From contig CAZPRK010000001.1 in the NCBI GenBank assembly GCA_964589485.1, forward strand, positions 1 through 48,368: a DNA stretch of 48,368 nt, read 5' to 3'. The notes under the pieces were generated by a model. That model saw only the letters and a program-made list of their open reading frames with translations, was not told the origin of the DNA and made no database searches. The stretch's first letter is position 1. Every line of letters begins with the position of its first letter. The DNA comes from an uncultured Methanosarcinales archaeon (GTDB lineage: Archaea > Nanobdellota > Nanobdellia > Woesearchaeales > CAYSVS01). Both the position numbers and the translations under genes were made by a program. Of the stretch, positions 18,988-26,067 are shown in pieces.

Positions 18988-19414
18988 TGTTCACCTCAAT
19001 AAATAATTTACTTTCTTTATTATTTACATAAACTTGCTTTGAAAAAGTTCTTTGTGGTAATCCATTCCAATTTTTAGTTTGAATTACTTTATCATTAAGG
19101 GTCAATCTAAACGCAACACCTTTATCTACATTATAACATTTTGAAAATTGTTCGTTATTAAATTTACCCATATCTATATACAGGGGATAAACTCTATCAG
19201 ATAAAGTATCATACGTAGCAAAACAATACGGAGAATATACAAACCGTTGTACATATACTAAACTCTTTAATTCTTTAGGAACACTTCCTGCATCTTGTAC
19301 ATATTTTGAAGCAACCATAAAAAAAACTACAATAATTAACCCAATAAAAGTAATTCTAATCAAATTAGTTATTGTAAACCAAGTTGTAGTAATACCTTTT
19401 TTATTCAACATCAT
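18980..19414 (-). CDS. Class III signal peptide (pilin-like) protein
   Basis: MMLNKKG|ITTTWF plus hydrophobic helix; 'RFVYSPYCF' motif; start trimmed from 19426 to the ATG after GGAG. Confidence 0.78.
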   Translation of the reverse strand: MMLNKKGITTTWFTITNLIRITFIGLIIVVFFMVASKYVQDAGSVPKELKSLVYVQRFVYSPYCFATYDTLSDRVYPLYIDMGKFNNEQFSKCYNVDKGVAFRLTLNDKVIQTKNWNGLPQRTFSKQVYVNNKESKLFIEVNNE

Positions 19415-20183
19415 AAAACTCCGCAACTGCTAATTGTATATATTGAAAAGATGCAATAACATCTGGCAACTCTAAAATTATACTATTTTCATATTCCAAA
19501 TCATCTTTTGGAATTATAACTAAATCTTCTTGAATAATTTCATTTACAAATAATCTAGTTCTTATATTTTGTAATAAATCATAATTTGAAATACTTTCTT
19601 TAGAAGGAAAATAACCTTTTGGCTTTTCACCTTCCCTTAAAAAAACATTTAAAACATTTTCTTCATCTTTGGGATTTTTAACTAATAAAGAATTGTCTAA
19701 TAATAAAGCTATATCTAATTCATTTTCATTTATATAATAAACTTTATCTAACTTAATTTTTTTATTTGTAAATGATTTTTTAATTTTTCTAGTATACTTC
19801 CCGGGGAAAGTATTACTTATAGCTAAATGTCCACCAAAATATTGAATCACTAAATTATCTTTAATTTCTAAATCCATATCTAAATCACCAATCGGAACAA
19901 AACGTTTAGTTACTTTAGTTGGTTCAAAATCATTTTCTTTCACAGATAATGTATTATCTTTAATTTCGTTAACAAAAGAACTATTATAATTTACAAAAAC
20001 ATTTCCAGGAACTGAATATAAAGTATCTATTAATAATACTTCATCTCCCGCTACATATAATTTATCAACCGCATATCCATTTACAAAAGAGTTTGCAGCT
20101 TGAAGAAAAAACCATCCAACTACTACCCCTAAAACTAATAACAATAACTCTTGCATTGATAAATCAATAGATCCTTTTTTCAT
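19401..20183 (-). CDS. Class III signal peptide protein with a possible degenerate Amidase_3-like C-terminal domain (260 aa)
   Basis: MKKG|SIDLSMQELLLLVLGVVV; 'LLIDTLYSVPGNVFVNY' pilin-like core; alpha/beta C-terminus ending SIILELP...IQLAVAEFY. Confidence 0.75.
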   Translation of the reverse strand: MKKGSIDLSMQELLLLVLGVVVGWFFLQAANSFVNGYAVDKLYVAGDEVLLIDTLYSVPGNVFVNYNSSFVNEIKDNTLSVKENDFEPTKVTKRFVPIGDLDMDLEIKDNLVIQYFGGHLAISNTFPGKYTRKIKKSFTNKKIKLDKVYYINENELDIALLLDNSLLVKNPKDEENVLNVFLREGEKPKGYFPSKESISNYDLLQNIRTRLFVNEIIQEDLVIIPKDDLEYENSIILELPDVIASFQYIQLAVAEFYDVE

Positions 20184-20698
20184 TTTTCACATGGTAATGT
20201 TGTACATATACCCATTGTTTGTTCATCAGTCTTTATAGAATATATTGTATTTGAAGTAATATCTGAAACTAAATTATTATCAACAATAACTCCGCCTGCA
20301 TAACCTTCAATATTTGTAAAAAAGCTTTCAGTCTTAACATCTCTACAAATCATATTACCTTTCAAAGTAGTAGTAAATTCACACCTACTACAAAAACAAA
20401 CACAAGCTTTATTCTGACAAGTTAATGGTTTTTCTATTTCTTTATCTGAAAAACTTATTTCGTTAGTATCTTTATCAAAAAAAAAGAAAGCACTTCCTTC
20501 ATTTAAAATTGAAACAAATTTTCCTGATTCATCTAAATCAAGTTTATTTAATCCTTCATCTAAAGCATTAAAAGCATCTTTTTCAGAATAAGTATTTTGT
20601 GCATCTGTGTAACTTCTAAAAATCCCAAGAAAAGCAAATATCAATATAACTCCCATAATCAAAGAAACTAAAGCTTTAGTTGCCATTCCTTTTTTCAT
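20180..20698 (-). CDS. Class III signal peptide (pilin-like) Cys-rich protein (172 aa)
   Basis: MKKG|MATKALVSLIMGVILIF; 'KPLTCQNKACVCFC'; ATGA overlaps. Confidence 0.8.
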   Translation of the reverse strand: MKKGMATKALVSLIMGVILIFAFLGIFRSYTDAQNTYSEKDAFNALDEGLNKLDLDESGKFVSILNEGSAFFFFDKDTNEISFSDKEIEKPLTCQNKACVCFCSRCEFTTTLKGNMICRDVKTESFFTNIEGYAGGVIVDNNLVSDITSNTIYSIKTDEQTMGICTTLPCEK

Positions 20699-20952
20699 TT
20701 TGCCCTCAATAATATTTCACAATTCCTGCTACTTGTTGGACATTTTTCATGTTCTCCAGAATCACAAGGACATTTATCAATTACATCTTTAATTCCATCA
20801 TCATCAAAATCAGTACTTAATCTTGAAATTTGAGTTTCTCCAACTTCACTTTGTTTTCCTAATAAATTTTTATACACAAACATTAATATTACTGCAATAG
20901 CTATAACTAGTATTGCTTTAACTAAAAATTCGAAAGCTAACCCTTTTTTCAT
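20695..20952 (-). CDS. Small pilin-like protein with a TSP3-like Ca-binding motif (85 aa)
   Basis: MKKG|LAFEFLVKAILVIAIAV; DFDDDGIKDVIDKCPC. Confidence 0.8.
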   Translation of the reverse strand: MKKGLAFEFLVKAILVIAIAVILMFVYKNLLGKQSEVGETQISRLSTDFDDDGIKDVIDKCPCDSGEHEKCPTSSRNCEILLRAK

Positions 20953-21611
20953 TTATTTTCACCACATTTATTTAACTCAACTTCAAAACAATCATCATCC
21001 AATAATCCATCTGCATCACACCAAAGATTTCCCCTTTTTGTTGGAATAAAACACACATGACTTTCGTCAGGGTAATATAACTTTTCAACTGTTCGTTTAC
21101 CAAATTCAATATCATCTATAATAAAATCAAAACCTTCTATTATTATATTATCAACTTCTCTGAAAGTTTTTGAATTTGAAGAAGAACCTTCATTAAAATA
21201 CTTATTATAAAATCCTTGAGCTTCAACTACACATGGAACTTTCCCAGGAATATTTGTATTAATTAAACTTAAACCATCTTCAGTTATTACTTGTACTAAC
21301 ATTCCATCACTTACTTTTGAAACTATGATTTTATTATTTCCTATAATGAGATCATAATCAATAAAACAATTTTTATTTGTTTTTCGTAACTTTTCAAATA
21401 AATCCAAATAAGATTTCTCAAGTCTAGGATTTATCTCGGTATACTCTTGCTTAATATCAACTGTTTCTTGAGGTAATTCTCCTCGTAATAACTCATCAGT
21501 TGAAAGTTCTAACCCAGGTAACCAATATCTAATAAAAATTCCTGCAACTAACACTAATACTAATATTCCTAATGTCCAACCAACAACTTCAGAAAACCCT
21601 TTCTTAGACAT
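20949..21611 (-). CDS. Class III signal peptide (pilin-like) protein (220 aa)
   Basis: MSKKG|FSEVVGWTLGILVLVLV; GAGGT RBS; Cys-containing C-terminus. Confidence 0.8.
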   Translation of the reverse strand: MSKKGFSEVVGWTLGILVLVLVAGIFIRYWLPGLELSTDELLRGELPQETVDIKQEYTEINPRLEKSYLDLFEKLRKTNKNCFIDYDLIIGNNKIIVSKVSDGMLVQVITEDGLSLINTNIPGKVPCVVEAQGFYNKYFNEGSSSNSKTFREVDNIIIEGFDFIIDDIEFGKRTVEKLYYPDESHVCFIPTKRGNLWCDADGLLDDDCFEVELNKCGENK

Positions 21612-21733
21612 TAAAAATACCTCGTTACAATTTCTAACATATCAGTTCTCATTTTACTTATAAAAAAAAGTATAGCGATAAGTAATAACAACAACAATAA
21701 AATCCCCAATATTTGATTTCTTGCAAACTCCAT
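21611..21733 (-). CDS. Uncalled 40-aa single-TM micro-protein
   Basis: MEFARNQILGILLLLLLLIAILFFISKMRTDMLEIVTRYF*. GGTGA RBS 7 nt upstream; its TAA overlaps the next ATG; fills the gap exactly. Confidence 0.75.
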   Translation of the reverse strand: MEFARNQILGILLLLLLLIAILFFISKMRTDMLEIVTRYF

Positions 21734-21744
21734 CTTAATTTCAC

Positions 21745-22923
21745 CTAATTTTGAATATTACAATAATTTTGTACTCTTTGATATGGACTAACCAATACAT
21801 AATTTAAATCATCACTTAACTTTGCAGTTTCACTCCCTACTATAGTTCCTATTGTTCCTAAAGTAGCTGATCCCGCTACTGCTCCCGCCACAGCTCCACT
21901 GACAGTAAGTGCCACAGGTGTTAATAATCCTCCTGAAGTGGCAGTTATTATTGTACCCACAAATGTTCCTGCAATAGCTGCTCCAGTAGTAGCGCCGCCC
22001 CATGTACCAAGAACTCCTCCTAATAAAGAAGTTGAAGCCATAACACCTTCTAAAGCATCAGTATTTGCAACAAAAGTTATTGCATAAACTTGTTCATCTT
22101 CAACAAAATTTTCCAATATACCATCAAATACAACTCTTCCTGGTCCTTTTGACCTTTGAACATAATCTAAATAATTATAGTGATTTTCTTTTTTGACGCA
22201 ACATTTATTTCCAGAAGAACAACCCCACGTAGAATACTCAGCAGTTCCTTCTCCACAAGAACCACTACATTCTCCGCCATTATTTAAACAAGTATGTCCA
22301 CTAAAACAACAACCATTATCAGTTACATATTTAGTTTTACATTTATTACTTTTTTCATTAAACTTAAAACCAAGGGTAGATAAACAATCTTCTTCTGATT
22401 CAAATTTACTATTGCCAACACAAAATCCACCACCTAATGTACAACCATCACTTTCAGCATTTACAACTTTTACTTGATCTACCATAAAATTAATTTGTTC
22501 AGTTACAGGAAATCTATCAATATCTTTCCCATTATTTTCCAAATCAGTTATTGTAGTTAAGTAACATACATTACAATTATTATCCCACAAACTCAAATCT
22601 AATGCATTCCTTGATAATGCACCTTCTAAATTCATGTACCAACATTGAGAAATTAAATCTGCCATATTTTTTTGTACTTCTTTTACTTCTTTTCCTTTGA
22701 AAGGAATATCTTTTTGTTGAGCTTTACATTTTGGTTTAAATAAAACTTGCTTACCTAATATTGCAGCATTATTAGCTTCAGCCATACTTATTCTACAAAT
22801 TTCTTCATTGAAATTATCTTGACTTTTATCTAAAACAGTTTTTTCTAAATTTAATACTACAATACTACTTACTAAAACAATAATTAATCCTACAATAAAA
22901 GAAGCTCTTGCTTTTTTATTCAT
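21745..22923 (-). CDS. Pilin-like protein with Cys-rich (defensin-like) modules and a C-terminal glycine-zipper hydrophobic segment (392 aa)
   Basis: MNKKA|RASFIVGLIIVLV; 'MADLISQCW' core; CLNNGGEC...C...CC; GGVLGTWGGATTGAAIAG...GAVAGAVAG. Confidence 0.82.
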   Translation of the reverse strand: MNKKARASFIVGLIIVLVSSIVVLNLEKTVLDKSQDNFNEEICRISMAEANNAAILGKQVLFKPKCKAQQKDIPFKGKEVKEVQKNMADLISQCWYMNLEGALSRNALDLSLWDNNCNVCYLTTITDLENNGKDIDRFPVTEQINFMVDQVKVVNAESDGCTLGGGFCVGNSKFESEEDCLSTLGFKFNEKSNKCKTKYVTDNGCCFSGHTCLNNGGECSGSCGEGTAEYSTWGCSSGNKCCVKKENHYNYLDYVQRSKGPGRVVFDGILENFVEDEQVYAITFVANTDALEGVMASTSLLGGVLGTWGGATTGAAIAGTFVGTIITATSGGLLTPVALTVSGAVAGAVAGSATLGTIGTIVGSETAKLSDDLNYVLVSPYQRVQNYCNIQN

Positions 22924-23030
22924 GCTCCAACCGCCACCGAGAATTTCTGTCTAATAATCCATAGAACAAAGGCAAATATTGCTAAATATATTATAATCTG
23001 AATCCAACTCATTTGCCCTCTTTTAAACAT
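22920..23030 (-). CDS. Uncalled 36-aa minimal prepilin-like peptide
   Basis: MFKRG|QMSWIQIIIYLAIFAFVLWIIRQKFSVAVGA*. Class III motif, ATGA overlap with the 392-aa gene, canonical promoter directly upstream. Confidence 0.8.
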   Translation of the reverse strand: MFKRGQMSWIQIIIYLAIFAFVLWIIRQKFSVAVGA

Positions 23031-23051
23031 TTATTTATAAACAGAAACAAG

Positions 23052-23068
23052 ATATAAAAGCTTTTCGG
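23052..23068 (-). promoter_or_regulatory. Canonical archaeal BRE-TATA promoter (leaderless) for the 23030-16566 sub-operon
   Basis: Minus strand CCGAAAAGCTTTTATAT; TATA centre about 25 nt upstream of ATG 23030. Confidence 0.7.
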
Positions 23069-23071
23069 TGA

Positions 23072-23308
23072 CTAGCTTTTCAAGTTAATACAACACATTC
23101 TTTCTTCGCCACAATCCACATCTGGAATTATTTGATCACACTGTCCATCTAATGGAAGACACGCCCCACCTTTAGTAAAACATGAACTTAAATCTTCAGA
23201 AATATCGCTAGTTTTACTTTGAAAAATTGCTAAAAGTATTACCAAAACAACTATAGCAATAACTGCCATAATTATTACATTAAACGGTAATCCTTGAGCT
23301 TTTTTCAT
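23072..23308 (-). CDS. Small archaeal type IV pilin-like protein with a Cys-rich head (78 aa)
   Basis: MKKA|QGLPFNVIIMAVIAIVVLVILL; CFTKGGAC...C...C...CC. Confidence 0.85.
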   Translation of the reverse strand: MKKAQGLPFNVIIMAVIAIVVLVILLAIFQSKTSDISEDLSSCFTKGGACLPLDGQCDQIIPDVDCGEERMCCINLKS

Positions 23309-23325
23309 TTTAAAAAATAAAAAAA
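23309..23325 (-). terminator. Possible oligo-T terminator after the 91-aa pilin
   Basis: Minus strand TTTTTTTATTTTTT immediately after the stop codon. Confidence 0.4.
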
Positions 23326-23601
23326 TTATTCTTGCTCATAACAGAGCTTCGGATCAGTACAATCTATCCAACCAGCAGCTGGAACTTCCGCTTCCACATA
23401 TCCATCAGGTTGTGATTCTAAACAAACTCTATCTGCTCTTAAACAAACATTTTGAACTCCTACTTCGCTAGTTGTATCTACACCTTTTCCGAATACATTG
23501 ATTCTTCCAGTGAATATAGCTACTAATAATACTAAAACAACTAAACCTATTGCAGCAATTATGATCACATTTAAACTAATTCCTTGAGCTTTCTTATACA
23601 T
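23326..23601 (-). CDS. Candidate major type IV pilin (91 aa)
   Basis: MYKKA|QGISLNVIIIAAIGLVVLVLLVAIFTG; own promoter and a strong GAGGTGA RBS. Confidence 0.85.
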   Translation of the reverse strand: MYKKAQGISLNVIIIAAIGLVVLVLLVAIFTGRINVFGKGVDTTSEVGVQNVCLRADRVCLESQPDGYVEAEVPAAGWIDCTDPKLCYEQE

Positions 23602-23634
23602 AAACTCACCTCATATCTAATTTAACAACTTTAA

Positions 23635-23649
23635 TATTTAAATCTTGCG
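23635..23649 (-). promoter_or_regulatory. BRE-TATA promoter for the 91-aa pilin
   Basis: Minus strand CGCAAGATTTAAATA followed by the GAGGTGA RBS. Confidence 0.6.
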
Positions 23650-23650
23650 A

Positions 23651-24139
23651 TTAAGAACATATCTCTAACCTTACAAACATTGTTTTCCCACTTGCAGTAG
23701 GAGTTGGAATTTCTGCAACTTCAGCTTCTCCTGTGCACTTAATAGTACCAAAATTCATTACTTCATTATCAATACTTAATGAAAAATAATACTTTTTTTT
23801 CCAAGTATCTAAAGTTTGTTCAAATATTTTTGTCATAGAGTTATCAATATACTTGCATGAATCCATTATATCACTAGGACTATTTAAATTATTACAACTA
23901 ATATATTTATTAGTCATACAATCTTCAAACAATTCTTCCAAAGTAGTTTTTTTACATCCAGAAGAAGTTCTTAATATAGAAGTTAACATATTATTAGTTT
24001 GTTGAGACTCAGTATAAACTTTCTGTATACTTTCTCCAGGTTCTTTTAACACAAAAAACTGAAAAACTAACAACATTCCAAAAGATAACAATAAAACAAC
24101 AATTGCTAATCCTAATATTTCCATTTGAGCTTTTTTCAT
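23651..24139 (-). CDS. Class III signal peptide (minor pilin-like) protein (162 aa)
   Basis: MKKA|QMEILGLAIVVLLLSF; multiple Cys. Confidence 0.85.
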   Translation of the reverse strand: MKKAQMEILGLAIVVLLLSFGMLLVFQFFVLKEPGESIQKVYTESQQTNNMLTSILRTSSGCKKTTLEELFEDCMTNKYISCNNLNSPSDIMDSCKYIDNSMTKIFEQTLDTWKKKYYFSLSIDNEVMNFGTIKCTGEAEVAEIPTPTASGKTMFVRLEICS

Positions 24140-24618
24140 TTAAAAACCTCAATTGTTAATACTCCTATTGAATACTCGTCATTCACAGGATCATATAAAG
24201 AAATAGGTAATTGTGTTTGAGTTGAATCTACATTTTCTAAAGATCTATCATATACAACATATTCTTCTTCTCCTAAAAAAACTTTCTTTACAATAATTTT
24301 ACTATTTTTAAATTTATCAAAGTAAATAGTATCTCGATAAATATTGTTATCTTTTAAATATTGTTTAAAAACTTCTATTTTTTCAATATCAAAACAATAC
24401 CCTTCATATACATTAAAACCCTTTGAACATAATAATTCTGGCAAGTTCAACACTAATTGATTTATACTCACTGTAGATAACTGAGAAAACTCTTCTTTTT
24501 TAGTATCAACTGAAGTTTTTTGTAACCCCACATAAAACACTAAACCAAAAACCAATAAAATAAAAAAAACTACTAAAATTCCAATATTTTCTGCAATTTG
24601 TAATTGTCCTTTTTTCAT
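24136..24618 (-). CDS. Class III signal peptide (minor pilin-like) protein (160 aa)
   Basis: MKKG|QLQIAENIGILVVFFILL. Start at 24618 (TGATG overlap, GGTGA RBS) preferred over 24636. Motifs LPELLCS and PISLYDP. Confidence 0.85.
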   Translation of the reverse strand: MKKGQLQIAENIGILVVFFILLVFGLVFYVGLQKTSVDTKKEEFSQLSTVSINQLVLNLPELLCSKGFNVYEGYCFDIEKIEVFKQYLKDNNIYRDTIYFDKFKNSKIIVKKVFLGEEEYVVYDRSLENVDSTQTQLPISLYDPVNDEYSIGVLTIEVFK

Positions 24619-25601
24619 CAGTATATCACCGGACAAGATAGTTGTCTTAATTGATTATTGTTTCCTTCAATAGTTAAATGATCACTTTTATCAAATGCAT
24701 TTGATTTTAGATCATTAAATTTACATGAATTAAAATCATTCATACAAGAAGTTACTTCTGTTTTAAAAATATCATATTTTACTTTAGACCAAAAAACACA
24801 TTTTAAATTTTCTAAATTTTCAAATCTAGTATAAGATAAATCTGAAATAATTTTTAACTTTTTCATAGCGTTAGTCATCATACAATCATAATGTTCTTTA
24901 TTCTCGGAAAATATAGCTGCGTAAACTAATTCATTATTATCTTGATCTATATTAATTTCTTCATTATTTAGTTTTTTATTTTCAATATTAAAAACACTAT
25001 ATTTATCTTCACCGAAAGCTTTTTTTAGGTCATTATCATCTACATCAACATCTGTAACAACCCTAACATGATGATTATTTTGATCTTCAAGATTAGTCCA
25101 ACAATCATCTTTTTTATCACAAACTTCTTTATTTAATTCCTTAGGTAACTCAGCTTCAAGTAATTTTATTCGGTCACAATTAGAATCACAAACAAAAATA
25201 TATCTAACATTATCAGTTGTTAAATATAAAAAATTTCCAACTTTCATTGGATAGTTCCAACTTTTACTCCAAGTAATTAAATTTCTTCCTTTAATGGAAG
25301 CAGGAGAAAATAACATACTATTTTCTAAATTCCTAGATGCACTTCCAACCCTAAAACTACTACAATCTACATTAATTTCTATATTTGGAAAAGGTACTTT
25401 AGTTGCAGTCCCATCGCTAACTCTTGCACCTGTAAAAATTGCATCTAAATCAACAGCTATTGTAGTTTCTAATGCAACATTACTTGAATCTTTTTGCATT
25501 GCAATAAAACCGACAAAGAAAGCTAAAATAACTCCACCTGCAATTAAAACAAACATCCAATTAAATTGAATTCCAACTTGTCCCCTACTTCCAAGCTTCA
25601 A
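24618..25601 (-). CDS. Class III signal peptide (minor pilin-like) protein, about 327 aa
   Basis: TTG 25601 after GGGGTG gives MKLGSRG|QVGIQFNWMFVLIAGGVILAFF; ends CPVIY. Confidence 0.8.
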   Translation of the reverse strand: MKLGSRGQVGIQFNWMFVLIAGGVILAFFVGFIAMQKDSSNVALETTIAVDLDAIFTGARVSDGTATKVPFPNIEINVDCSSFRVGSASRNLENSMLFSPASIKGRNLITWSKSWNYPMKVGNFLYLTTDNVRYIFVCDSNCDRIKLLEAELPKELNKEVCDKKDDCWTNLEDQNNHHVRVVTDVDVDDNDLKKAFGEDKYSVFNIENKKLNNEEINIDQDNNELVYAAIFSENKEHYDCMMTNAMKKLKIISDLSYTRFENLENLKCVFWSKVKYDIFKTEVTSCMNDFNSCKFNDLKSNAFDKSDHLTIEGNNNQLRQLSCPVIY

Positions 25602-26067
25602 TCTTAACACCCCGTCCAACTCCTTCAAGACGTAAGTTTATGAAACCATCGGCAGAATCTAAACAAATAAAAGGGTCATCTTCATTTTTAATATAACTTA
25701 TTTTTTCTGTACCCATTCGTAAAGCTTTAAAATTTTTTCCTATTAAAAAAACATTATCTCCAGTTTTACTATCAACGCTATCTTTAATTAAAGGATATTG
25801 ATCAATTGAAAGAGCATTACCCAAATCAACAAAACATATAGCATCGAACCCTACAGGCAAAACAGCTTTATGTTGTTTTACATTTCCATACTTTGCATAA
25901 GTTGTTTTAATAACTCCATTTAATTCATTCTCAAAATCAATTAAACTTGCCTGTTCACTAGTTTCTTTTATTTTTGTAAATGAACTATACCCAAATAACA
26001 TTATACCAGAAACTAAAAAAATAGATACAATTATTCCAAATATTTGAGCTTGTTGACCTTTTTTCAT
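25585..26067 (-). CDS. Class III signal peptide (minor pilin-like) protein (160 aa)
   Basis: MKKG|QQAQIFGIIVSIFLVSGIMLFGY; 'ICFVD', 'NVFL', 'LRLEG' motifs. Confidence 0.85.
   Translation of the reverse strand: MKKGQQAQIFGIIVSIFLVSGIMLFGYSSFTKIKETSEQASLIDFENELNGVIKTTYAKYGNVKQHKAVLPVGFDAICFVDLGNALSIDQYPLIKDSVDSKTGDNVFLIGKNFKALRMGTEKISYIKNEDDPFICLDSADGFINLRLEGVGRGVKIEAWK

Noticed and set aside
16566..26067. Archaellum operon or a complete pilus assembly locus
   Set aside because: No archaellin signature, FlaH/I/J, assembly ATPase, TadC or prepilin peptidase in the window; these would have to act in trans
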